Assembly: GCA_903831815.1 (NCBI GenBank)
Contig: CAIKZC010000001.1
Span: forward strand, 20,188 to 84,187
Direction of reading: 5' to 3'
DNA: 64,000 nt
DNA from: an uncultured bacterium
Lineage (GTDB): Bacteria > Patescibacteriota > Minisyncoccia > Phycocordibacterales > UBA11359
The position numbers and the translations under genes were made by a program. The notes under the pieces were generated by a model. The model saw only the letters and a list, made by a program, of their open reading frames with translations, was not told the origin of the DNA and searched no databases. Within the stretch, counting starts at the first letter, position 1. Each line of letters starts with the position of its first letter. Of this stretch, positions 55,991 through 64,000 are shown piece by piece.

Positions 55991-57052
55991 TTAAATCATT
56001 TTCTCCAAATTTTTCGGATTGTTGGAATGTTGGTAAGCGTTTTCGATCGTGATTTCACCGCGACGAACCAAGTCAACGAGAGATCGGTTCATATCGATCA
56101 TCCCCTGCTCCGAACTTGTTTCGATGACGCTGGAAATTTCGTGCGTGCGTTTCTTGCGAATCAAGTTTGAAACTGCATTGTTGTTGATGAGAAGTTCATA
56201 AGCCGGAATAAGTCCGCCGGAAATGCGTGGAATAAGTCTTTGAGAAAAAATACCCGAAAGTGAACCGGCCAATTGAATGCGGATCTGTTCTTGTTGCTCA
56301 GCCGGAAAAGAGTCGATTATACGATCGATCGTTTGCGACGCGTCGTTGGTGTGCAAAGTAGAGAAAACCAAATGACCGGTTTCGGCAGCCGTAACGGCAG
56401 TTGAAATCGTTTCAAGTCCTCGCATTTCTCCAACCAAAACCACATCGATATCTTGTCGGAAAACATTGTGCAAACCGGTATGAAAATCGGCTGTGTCAAT
56501 GTGCACTTCTCTTTGATCGATGATAGATTTTTTCTCGGTATAAATATATTCGATCGGATCTTCAATCGTAATGATGTGCTCCAGTCTATTTTGATTGATC
56601 GATTCTATCATGGAAGCCAGAGTAGTTGACTTACCTTGCCCTACCGGACCCACTACAAGGAAAAAGCCTTGTTCCAGTTGAGTGAAAGATTCAAGGATTG
56701 GCGGTAAATTTAATTCTTGCAAACTTTTTATTTTTTGCGGAATGAGACGCAATGCAAAACTCATTTTATCTTGACGCATAAATCCGTTACCTCGAAAACG
56801 CGAATCTTTACTACTGAACGAAAAGTCGACTTCTTTGGTCGCGTTGAATTGATCGTGAGCTTGCTTTGTTAGTAGAATCGAAGCGACGCCTTCCATGTCA
56901 GCGCGAGTTAAAATGGGTTCTCTAACCAAAACCACCAACGTGCCATTAACACGAATAACCGGCGATCGACCTTCGGAAAGATGGAGGTCGGAAGCATTTT
57001 GCTGAATAACGCTTGTTATAAATTTTTCAAGAAACGCTTTATAATCGTTCAT
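55991..57052 (-). CDS. pilT: twitching-motility (retraction) ATPase PilT
   Basis: 353 aa with Walker A (GPVGQGKST), Asp box, Walker B (VGEMRG) and the His box of PilT/PilU. Confidence 0.85.
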   Translation of the reverse strand: MNDYKAFLEKFITSVIQQNASDLHLSEGRSPVIRVNGTLVVLVREPILTRADMEGVASILLTKQAHDQFNATKEVDFSFSSKDSRFRGNGFMRQDKMSFALRLIPQKIKSLQELNLPPILESFTQLEQGFFLVVGPVGQGKSTTLASMIESINQNRLEHIITIEDPIEYIYTEKKSIIDQREVHIDTADFHTGLHNVFRQDIDVVLVGEMRGLETISTAVTAAETGHLVFSTLHTNDASQTIDRIIDSFPAEQQEQIRIQLAGSLSGIFSQRLIPRISGGLIPAYELLINNNAVSNLIRKKRTHEISSVIETSSEQGMIDMNRSLVDLVRRGEITIENAYQHSNNPKNLEKMI

Positions 57053-57053
57053 T

Positions 57054-57443
57054 TTATTTTTTTGCTAAAATATCATCAACTGCTTTGACAACTTCAGAAG
57101 GAATTGAGGTGGCTTTGACAATATATCCGTCAATGCCGATCTTCTTGGCTCTTTCAATATCGGCCGGCTCACCTTGATTGGAAAGGATCAGACACTTAGC
57201 TTGATCAGCGAGGTGCTGATTGCGCACAGCGCTGAGTAATTCAATACCATCCATACCAGGCATGATCACGTCAAAGATCAAAATATCCGGCTTGTAACCG
57301 TCTTTTAATTTATCAATGGCTCCTTGGCTCGAAAGTGCGGAAACAACTTCATAATTATTTTTGCCAAACTTTAACGAATACATATTTAGCAAAAAACTAT
57401 CATCGTCAACAAGCAAAACTTTCTTCTTTAATGTATCGGTCAT
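57054..57443 (-). CDS. single-domain response regulator (CheY/PilH-like)
   Basis: 129 aa with a canonical receiver: DDD pocket (LLVDDDS), phospho-Asp (ILIFDVIMPGMDG), T/S and K (YIVKA). Confidence 0.8.
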   Translation of the reverse strand: MTDTLKKKVLLVDDDSFLLNMYSLKFGKNNYEVVSALSSQGAIDKLKDGYKPDILIFDVIMPGMDGIELLSAVRNQHLADQAKCLILSNQGEPADIERAKKIGIDGYIVKATSIPSEVVKAVDDILAKK

Positions 57444-57455
57444 AATAATATTATA

Positions 57456-59162
57456 CTATAATTTATTAACCTCCTCAAAGGGGATAATTTTTTCAAAAGC
57501 TTTGAGTATGGCGTCTTCTTTCATAGTGAGCATTCCCTGAGCGCGGGCGATCTTGTTAATCTCAAGTTCGGTCGGATTTGTCAAAATTGCCGCTTCTATC
57601 TCTTTGGACATTGGCAACATTTCAAAAACCGCGACACGACCATGTGTACCCATCGGTGATTCCGGCGTCGGATTTATTTGATAAATAGACTGTGGATAAA
57701 TAATGGTTTTCTTGAATTCTGTTGGAACTTCCGCCAACTCTCGATCAATAATAGCCTTGATACTGCCATCAATCGGAACTTCTTTGACTGCCCGTGGAGC
57801 GGCCACGCCAACAAGTCTCTGAGCCACCGTCATAATAAGAGTTGGAGCGATGAGGTAAGGGTCAACACCCATATCAACAAGACGAGGAATGACGCCAACC
57901 GCATTGTTGGTGTGAATGGTAGAGAGCACAAGGTGACCGGTCAGCGCAGCTTGCACAGCAAGCTGCGCTGTCTCCTTATCTCTAATTTCACCGACCATAA
58001 TAACGTCAGGGTCTTGTCTCAAAGTTGTGCGCAAGCCGGTGGAAAAATCATAACCGATTTCCGGTCGCACCTGCGACTGACTTACACCATCAATACTGTA
58101 CTCAACCGGATCTTCCAAAGAAAGCACGTTGCTATGTTCCCTATCAACCTCATTAAGCATTGCATACAAAGTCGTGGATTTTCCGGAACCGGTCGGACCT
58201 GAGATCAAGATCATTCCGTAAGGTCGAGCGATTGCTTTACGCAAGAGATCAAGATTGCGTGGCGTCATACCCAATTTATCGAGCGGTCGCAAACCTTTTT
58301 CCTGATCAAGCAGACGGATCACCACTTTTTCACCATAAAACGCCGGAAATGTGGAAACACGAAAATCGATACGCTTACCTTCGATACGAGCGGAGAAACG
58401 TCCGTCTTGCGGTTTACGTTTTTCATCAAGACGCATACTGCACAAAATTTTGACACGAGCTACAAGTGACGAATGTATCTTTGTCGGCAAAACCAAACTG
58501 GTATTTAGCACGCCATCAACACGAAAACGAACGCGAATATTTTCTCGGAGCAATTCAATGTGAATATCGGAAGCGTCTCCCTCGGTCGCATAACGCAAAA
58601 TAGTCGCCACAATTTTTGTCACCGGCGCATCTTCAATGATTTTGGTATCTTCTTTTTTATCTTCAAGCTCGACGTTGAGCTCTTTTTCTCCGGTAAGCTC
58701 AGACTCGAGATCGGTCAAAGCCACTCCAACTTCACTTGAAATCCCCTTGTACATGCCAAGCACTTTGGCAAAATCTTCTTCGGAAATTAAAAAAACTTTA
58801 AAAGGAACATGTCGTTTGGAAGAAATAAAATTGAGCGCATCACGAGCTTCGATGTTATCAGGATCAACCAAACCAACTTCGAGCACTCCGTCTTTGAGAA
58901 CGAGCGGCACAAATTTATAATGCTCCGCCGACTCTTGTGGAATATAATCCAAAACATTAAAAGCCACTTCTATGCCTGCCAAACTTCTCCTTGGCACATC
59001 AAAAAGTTCTGATTTTGCCGCCAAAATATCCTCGCCATTTATGCCGCGGCGCAACAAAACATCTTCAACAGAAAGACCTTGTTGATCCACTTCACGCTCG
59101 ATGTCTGGAACATCATTTTTCGAGACTATATTTTTTTGAACCAAAATATCAATTAGGCTCAT
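57456..59162 (-). CDS. pilB: type IV pilus assembly ATPase PilB (GspE family)
   Basis: 568 aa with an N-terminal GspII-like domain, Walker A (GPTGSGKSTTL), Asp/His boxes and a tetra-Cys-less variant. Confidence 0.85.
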   Translation of the reverse strand: MSLIDILVQKNIVSKNDVPDIEREVDQQGLSVEDVLLRRGINGEDILAAKSELFDVPRRSLAGIEVAFNVLDYIPQESAEHYKFVPLVLKDGVLEVGLVDPDNIEARDALNFISSKRHVPFKVFLISEEDFAKVLGMYKGISSEVGVALTDLESELTGEKELNVELEDKKEDTKIIEDAPVTKIVATILRYATEGDASDIHIELLRENIRVRFRVDGVLNTSLVLPTKIHSSLVARVKILCSMRLDEKRKPQDGRFSARIEGKRIDFRVSTFPAFYGEKVVIRLLDQEKGLRPLDKLGMTPRNLDLLRKAIARPYGMILISGPTGSGKSTTLYAMLNEVDREHSNVLSLEDPVEYSIDGVSQSQVRPEIGYDFSTGLRTTLRQDPDVIMVGEIRDKETAQLAVQAALTGHLVLSTIHTNNAVGVIPRLVDMGVDPYLIAPTLIMTVAQRLVGVAAPRAVKEVPIDGSIKAIIDRELAEVPTEFKKTIIYPQSIYQINPTPESPMGTHGRVAVFEMLPMSKEIEAAILTNPTELEINKIARAQGMLTMKEDAILKAFEKIIPFEEVNKL

Positions 59163-59188
59163 GCAAAAAAGTTAACAATTATTAAAAT

Positions 59189-59539
59189 TTATTGCGCTCT
59201 TGGAAGCGCAACTTTTGGAGTCGAACTGCCTACGGAACCCGTACCATAGGTTGGCAAATATGGATTTGGTCGTCCGACTGGTTGTGGGGCGATATCAACA
59301 CTGCGATCTTGCAAAGTCGCAAAATCCGGATCTGAAAAGATCTGTCCATCAAGTTTTATGGATTGTAAACGACTAAGCCAAGACAAAACTTGCGCGCCGT
59401 TCGCGTTAGAGGTTGTTAGATTTTGATTGATAGGCACGAGGTCTGATTGTCCGTAAGCGATATTGGTGTACTGCGCTAAAGCAAAATACCCCGCCCCAAC
59501 AATCGCCGCCAAACCAAGTAATGAAATGAAGTAACGCAT
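59189..59539 (-). CDS. hypothetical secreted protein in PilP position
   Basis: 116 aa with N-terminal signal anchor; located between pilO and pilB where pilP usually sits. Confidence 0.4.
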   Translation of the reverse strand: MRYFISLLGLAAIVGAGYFALAQYTNIAYGQSDLVPINQNLTTSNANGAQVLSWLSRLQSIKLDGQIFSDPDFATLQDRSVDIAPQPVGRPNPYLPTYGTGSVGSSTPKVALPRAQ

Positions 59540-59543
59540 GATT

Positions 59544-60125
59544 TTATTTTGAATTTAATGTTGTTGCCGATATCGGATTTAACCAAAAAGCATTGACACC
59601 TAGATAAACTCTGTATCGATCGGGATTTTTGTTATCAGCCGTGAACGAAATCGATTTAATCTCGACGATACGCAAACTTTGTTCCAAATCTTTCAAAAAC
59701 GAGATCAGATTTTCGTAAGTTGTGCTGACGGAAAAAGAAAGTGCCATTTGTCCATAAGGTTTATTGGAAGAACCGATCGTTTTTGTCGTACTCGTTTTTT
59801 GATTTTGATCAGCCACGGATATATCTTGAACCGAAATACTATATCGCGATGCGATGCCTTGAATATCCAAAAACCATCGAATATTATCTACGTTATCCGG
59901 CAAAAGTTTTTGCAATTTAGCGAGATCGGCTTGATTAAAAGAATTTTCCGTGTCAACCAATTTTGCTTTTGTCGTTTCAAGTGTGGCGACGCTGGCCAAT
60001 GCACTATCAGAATCTTTTGATTGCGCCATCAAACCTTTTACGATTGTATACTGTGGATTGACCCACATGAAAAATCCGGCGATGGAAATAATGATCAGAA
60101 AGATTGGTAAAAGTGCTCGGTTCAT
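59544..60125 (-). CDS. pilO: type IV pilus assembly protein PilO-like
   Basis: 193 aa: N-terminal TM helix, coiled coil, C-terminal ferredoxin-like region; overlaps pilN by 4 bp. Confidence 0.6.
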   Translation of the reverse strand: MNRALLPIFLIIISIAGFFMWVNPQYTIVKGLMAQSKDSDSALASVATLETTKAKLVDTENSFNQADLAKLQKLLPDNVDNIRWFLDIQGIASRYSISVQDISVADQNQKTSTTKTIGSSNKPYGQMALSFSVSTTYENLISFLKDLEQSLRIVEIKSISFTADNKNPDRYRVYLGVNAFWLNPISATTLNSK

Positions 60126-60706
60126 ATATTTGTAGTGTTATATTTAATGACCGACTGATCTATCGTAGCGGTAAATTTAAAAAGGACACCACCGTCAACA
60201 TCAAGCCCTAAGTTCGAGAAAACTTGATTTTGCAAATATGGTTTAGCTGAAAACGTATCCGATTGCAAAGCAACAGAAGCAAAGTTGGGAGCTTTGCCGC
60301 CGAGCGATAATGTCAACTTTCCTGTGTCGTCAGAAGTATATTTAAGATCGGTAAATTGAACAGACTGAACTGTGTTATTGGCTATAAGATCGAGCAACGT
60401 AGAAACCGCGCGGTGATTATCCAAAAGCGCATTAGCCGCTTGCATTCTTGAATTCAACTGAACGAAATGATCAATCGAAGAGACGTCGAAAGATTTAATG
60501 CGATTGGTCAATTCGGCATTTTTAGAAGCTATCGATTTTGCGAGAAAACCCTGATACAAAAATACTCCAACGGATGCGAGAGCGACGATGATGAAAATGA
60601 ACCAAGCCAAAACTGAAAATAAACTTACAGAAACCGGAGCTTTTTTGGCTTTGTTTTCTACAAGCGGTTGTTTGGGAATGAATGATGTTTGCAATTTTCC
60701 TTCCAT
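60122..60706 (-). CDS. pilN: type IV pilus assembly protein PilN-like
   Basis: 194 aa with a single TM helix after a short cytoplasmic N-terminus (typical PilN); preceded by conserved-motif copy 3. Confidence 0.6.
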   Translation of the reverse strand: MEGKLQTSFIPKQPLVENKAKKAPVSVSLFSVLAWFIFIIVALASVGVFLYQGFLAKSIASKNAELTNRIKSFDVSSIDHFVQLNSRMQAANALLDNHRAVSTLLDLIANNTVQSVQFTDLKYTSDDTGKLTLSLGGKAPNFASVALQSDTFSAKPYLQNQVFSNLGLDVDGGVLFKFTATIDQSVIKYNTTNI

Positions 60707-60727
60707 AGGTTTTCACTATCTTAAGAT
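60707..60727 (-). promoter_or_regulatory. conserved leader motif ATCTTAAGATAGTG(N4)CCT upstream of start codon (copy 3 of 3)
   Basis: Coding strand: tATCTTAAGATAGTGAAAACCT ATG, directly 5' of pilN in the 94-nt pilM-pilN gap. Confidence 0.45.
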
Positions 60728-60800
60728 AATTTTTTGTCTAGGTACTATTGTTTATTATTATACTACATCCAGTTTGCAATGAGAACATACTTTATCCACA

Positions 60801-61907
60801 CTACGACTCCTGAAGCATACGGAGTGCCGCACCGACCGCTACAGAAAATTCCGGATTGGCTGTTTTTAGGACGTCTCGTAGAAATGCCGGCGCCTCGACT
60901 TTCGAAAATGGATCACCGAGTGTAACGTCGATCTGAAAACTGCGCTTTGCAGTCGGCAAAATACCCTTTAACAACGATCCTCCACCGATCAAAATGACCT
61001 GATCGACGGTTTTGGCATATTTCTTTTCATAACTCAACAAAACTTGATTGGCTTCAGAGAAAATATAATCAAGAGTAATCGCGATTATACCAATAATATT
61101 TCTATCGGATTGCGTGGAAGAAATATCCGTCGAACGTTTCAAATTTTCCGCTTCAACAAAAGAAATGCTGTTGGCATTTGAAATAGCCAAAGTGATATCT
61201 TGCGAGCCACGATTAACTAGATGCGAATTTTTGATAACTCCTCGCTCGACAACATATAATTTTGTCGTTCCGGCGCCGATATCCACTATCATGGCTGATT
61301 TGGAATTTTGATCGAGCAACGCTCGTATAGTACTGAACATTTCTATCTCATAAAAAGCGGCGTTGAGATTGGTTTTGGCTCCGATTTCTTGGTATTTGGT
61401 GATCGTATCGTTGTGAATAGCCACGACCATAACATCGGTTTTCTCCGTTTTTATTTCATTTTCAGCTTGAAACATTTTGGCTTCTTTAGGAACAATGGAC
61501 CAGTCGAGCGATACTTCCGAGATCGGTACGGGAATATATTTGCGGGCTTCGATCGGGATCATTTGAGCAAGTTGTTTCTGATCGGACGTCGGCATTTCAA
61601 TCAGCGAAACAAGGCTTGCAACAAAAGGAATAGCCACAGCCGCACGTTTCGCCGTCACTGATGATTCTCGACAGAGGTCAATCAAAGCTTCGGCGATTTT
61701 ATCCGGCGGCAAGTTCATCGCCTTCCCCATTTCTTTTCCATCATATGGGGCAAGGGCAATTTCACCGTAAGTTTCAAGAACGGCACGGTCGTGTTTACGA
61801 GTTAGTTGAACAACTTTTATAGAAGAAGCGCCAATATCCACACCCAAAAAACTCTGGACCTTTGGAGGAAACAAATTTTTATAAAAATTTGATATGGAAA
61901 ATGCCAT
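60801..61907 (-). CDS. pilM: type IV pilus assembly protein PilM (actin-like ATPase)
   Basis: 368 aa with actin/FtsA-like phosphate-binding motifs (GVDIGASSIKVV, DIGAGTT). Confidence 0.8.
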   Translation of the reverse strand: MAFSISNFYKNLFPPKVQSFLGVDIGASSIKVVQLTRKHDRAVLETYGEIALAPYDGKEMGKAMNLPPDKIAEALIDLCRESSVTAKRAAVAIPFVASLVSLIEMPTSDQKQLAQMIPIEARKYIPVPISEVSLDWSIVPKEAKMFQAENEIKTEKTDVMVVAIHNDTITKYQEIGAKTNLNAAFYEIEMFSTIRALLDQNSKSAMIVDIGAGTTKLYVVERGVIKNSHLVNRGSQDITLAISNANSISFVEAENLKRSTDISSTQSDRNIIGIIAITLDYIFSEANQVLLSYEKKYAKTVDQVILIGGGSLLKGILPTAKRSFQIDVTLGDPFSKVEAPAFLRDVLKTANPEFSVAVGAALRMLQES

Positions 61908-61950
61908 GCTTTAAATGCTGTGTATTATTATATCACAAGAAAAATAAGAC

Positions 61951-62670
61951 GTGATACGTTTAGTAGTGCATATGAATAAAACGATCAAGAAAATAATAGA
62001 CTTAATTGCCGAATTGTTTTTCCCGCAAGATCCGATTGAACTACAGGTGGCTGAGGTAGTATCGAATATTGCTAAAATTCAGTGCGATGAAGGTGACAGA
62101 ATAACCGTCTATCCACACCCCGCTTACAGCTTTTTTGCTTATCGTCATCCGACAATACGGTCCATGATTTGGCGGCTCAAATACCGTGGCGATAAGTCTG
62201 TAGCTACATTGTTTGCCAAAAGAATACATGACCAGTTATGCGAAGAGCTAGCGGAATTAGCGGAGTGGAAGGACTTCAAAAAACCCTTGCTTATAGCCAT
62301 ACCAGTCACCAAACGTAAATTACGAATACGCGGCTTTAATCAAAGCGCGGCCATATGTAAGGCTTTGGCTGATATAGATGAAGGTCGGTTTTTCCACTAC
62401 ATACCAAATGTCCTTTACAAGATAAAGGACACGAAAAGCCAAGCCCGCGTAAAGGACAAATTATCCCGACTCCAAAATCTAAAAGACAGTTTTGTTGTCA
62501 AGGACATTTCGGGTAATAGAAATAATGGGAGTGGCAAAAATGTTTTATTAGACCAAAACGTAATTTTACTTGACGACGTTTTGACCACCGGCAGTACCCT
62601 GACCGAGGCTTCACGTATTTTAAGAAATTCCGGTGCTCGAAATATTATTTGGGTTGTCGTTGCTCATTAA
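61951..62670 (+). CDS. comFC: ComF family protein (ComFC phosphoribosyltransferase-like competence protein)
   Basis: 239 aa with the C-terminal PRTase motif LLDDVLTTGSTL and ComFC-like N-terminal region; adjacent to the T4P cluster. Confidence 0.7.
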   Translation: MIRLVVHMNKTIKKIIDLIAELFFPQDPIELQVAEVVSNIAKIQCDEGDRITVYPHPAYSFFAYRHPTIRSMIWRLKYRGDKSVATLFAKRIHDQLCEELAELAEWKDFKKPLLIAIPVTKRKLRIRGFNQSAAICKALADIDEGRFFHYIPNVLYKIKDTKSQARVKDKLSRLQNLKDSFVVKDISGNRNNGSGKNVLLDQNVILLDDVLTTGSTLTEASRILRNSGARNIIWVVVAH

Positions 62671-62759
62671 TCTTTTTACAAACCAAGTAGTAGACTTATC
62701 ACCCACAATTTGATAGCTTTGTGTCAGAATATAACTCGTACAAAGAAAGGAGACTGTTT

Positions 62760-63155
62760 ATGCCGCAAGCAACGACGCAAAAGCCAATGGGGCATATCAA
62801 AGTAATCTGTCTTCCTGTAGGTGAAGCTCCATATAAGGTTCGTAAGAAATGGATTGGGCTTGTCCTCCCATGCGATCCATTCATTGGCGCCCCTCAAGGA
62901 AACACACTTCGTGGTGTTGTTTCCAAGAAAACAACGATCAGTTTTGCGAGCGGTGTCAGTGTCCCTCAAGATAAAGCGATCGAGATCTTGGAAAAATGGA
63001 ATAGGAAAGCGGCAAAATGGTTCAAGGACAACGGCTTTCCTAAGCCTGGGGAGTATTTCAACTTCGCCGAGGAAGAGATTCAAATCCTCGACGGTGTCAC
63101 TCGACAAGAGGTTGTTAAGGTCGAGGATGATGATTGGGGTAATCCCTGGCGATAA
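62760..63155 (+). CDS. hypothetical protein (GC-richer than surroundings)
   Basis: Strong SD (AAAGGAG) 8 nt upstream of the ATG at 62760; reads MPQATTQKPMGHIKVICLPVGEAPYKV...; followed by a clear terminator. The overlapping 190-aa minus-strand ORF is rejected. Confidence 0.45.
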   Translation: MPQATTQKPMGHIKVICLPVGEAPYKVRKKWIGLVLPCDPFIGAPQGNTLRGVVSKKTTISFASGVSVPQDKAIEILEKWNRKAAKWFKDNGFPKPGEYFNFAEEEIQILDGVTRQEVVKVEDDDWGNPWR

Positions 63156-63180
63156 CATTTCTACTGACGGCACAATCGAC

Positions 63181-63217
63181 GGCCGCCTTCGCTTCGCGAA
63201 GGCGGCCCATCTTTTTA
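63181..63217 (+). terminator. rho-independent terminator GGCCGCCTTCGC-ttcg-CGAAGGCGGCC + CATCTTTTTATT
   Basis: Seen directly: perfect 11-bp stem, then a T-run. Confidence 0.6.
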
Positions 63218-63255
63218 TTCTGTAATATGTTCTGAGTATTTTCGGCGTTTTTAAT

Positions 63256-63699
63256 ATGTATAACGAAGATGAGGAAGAAAATGCGGAAAATATCAAAAAA
63301 ATGGAGTCGGTTATTCCCTCGCACTATGTACCGGCAGTAAGGGTGCTGTTATTTACTGCAGGTATCGTTCTCCTTCTAGCTATCCTCATCGATAAAGGAA
63401 TTCTCTTTTTCTATCTTTCTATCGGCATCATTGAAGTCGTCACTCTAATGATCTTTGCCGCTTTTACAGGCAAGGGATTTAAAGAAGTGTATATTTTAGA
63501 TTTTGGTATTTCTTTAATCTCGTTTCTGATCTTTGAATATTTCGCCGTCACCCGATATTATGCGATAAATACTTTTTGGGACCAGGTTTTCCTGGTTCGG
63601 CAAACACTGGCAATACTTTTTGTCCTGACAGTTTATTTCAGTACAAAAACCATGATTGCTCGTATTCTCTCAAAACCAAAAGAAGAAAATTCAGTGTAA
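63256..63699 (+). CDS. hypothetical membrane protein (4 TM helices)
   Basis: 147 aa, acidic N-terminus (MYNEDEEENAEN) then hydrophobic helices. Confidence 0.4.
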   Translation: MYNEDEEENAENIKKMESVIPSHYVPAVRVLLFTAGIVLLLAILIDKGILFFYLSIGIIEVVTLMIFAAFTGKGFKEVYILDFGISLISFLIFEYFAVTRYYAINTFWDQVFLVRQTLAILFVLTVYFSTKTMIARILSKPKEENSV

Positions 63700-63731
63700 T
63701 TTTTTACTTGATCAACTATTTCGACGTTATC

Positions 63732-64000
63732 TTAATTCAGTAAAAATCTGAGTGTAGAAACAAGTCTAACTTTCTTGTATTCAGGAGAACCCGGATCTTT
63801 ATCCGTTATATCAAACACGCCTTGATTCCCTCGAGATACAGCACCTAGAGAGGACCCGGATTTTTGAGCAAATTGCAGTGCGGTGTCTTTCGCGTTTTTA
63901 ATTGCTTCGGTAAGCATATCTGGCTTTATACTATTTATGTCTGAAACTTCAAAAGAAATGTTGTTTTGGTTCAAGATCACACCTTTTTTGACTAAAAGTA
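63732..64000 (-). CDS. SIMPL/DUF541-like protein, C-terminal part (5' end beyond window)
   Basis: The reading frame stays open to the window end. C-terminal region AIKNAKDTALQFAQKSGSSLGAVSRGNQGVFDI resembles the SIMPL domain. Confidence 0.4.
   Translation of the reverse strand, partial: LLVKKGVILNQNNISFEVSDINSIKPDMLTEAIKNAKDTALQFAQKSGSSLGAVSRGNQGVFDITDKDPGSPEYKKVRLVSTLRFLLN

Noticed and set aside
62724-63296. 190-aa minus-strand ORF overlapping the 62760-63155 plus-strand gene
   Set aside because: The plus-strand ORF has a strong Shine-Dalgarno and a downstream terminator. The minus ORF has junk-like composition (S/R/L-rich) and would run through that terminator.

Overview
This 64-kb window is a gene-dense, moderately low-GC bacterial chromosome segment with about 75 protein genes, 7 tRNA genes and no rRNA or CRISPR. 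Gene content is most consistent with a CPR/Patescibacteria (Parcubacteria-like) organism: a split transketolase, a complete type IV pilus/competence cluster with ComFC, a tRNA group I intron plus a LAGLIDADG homing endonuclease, and many small hypothetical membrane proteins. This lineage placement is inference. The standard genetic code applies, since RF2 is present and UGA is used as a stop. Main blocks, in order:
- Pentose-phosphate/glycolysis genes (tkt-N, rpe, rpiB, gap), interrupted by a Fic-toxin cassette that left a duplicated rpiB 5' fragment.
- A putative integrated rolling-circle element (Rep_trans initiator, hairpin/palindrome origin, large serine recombinase) next to tRNA-Ser.
- htpX/lemA/secG, a peptide-binding lipoprotein, RNase J, an MFS transporter, an orphan atypical OmpR-like regulator, and a MacAB-like efflux operon.
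- pyrD, a DEAD-box helicase, an orphan MazF-like toxin, ABC-F, pyrG, ftsEX and prfB.
- An RNA island: two tRNA-Thr genes (one split by a 190-nt group I intron), tRNA-Asp, a free-standing LAGLIDADG endonuclease, two unusual CAU-anticodon tRNAs, and two GC-rich ORF-free segments of unknown function.
- gatCA/ligA, then a 12-kb type IV pilus locus (pilMNO, pilB, pilT, pilC, two tandem major pilins, pilD, minor pilins) followed by comFC.
Novel-looking signals include a conserved 14-bp leader motif (ATCTTAAGATAGTG) directly upstream of three unlinked genes, a GC-rich palindrome-closed element in the pyrD leader, and long perfect inverted repeats at operon junctions.
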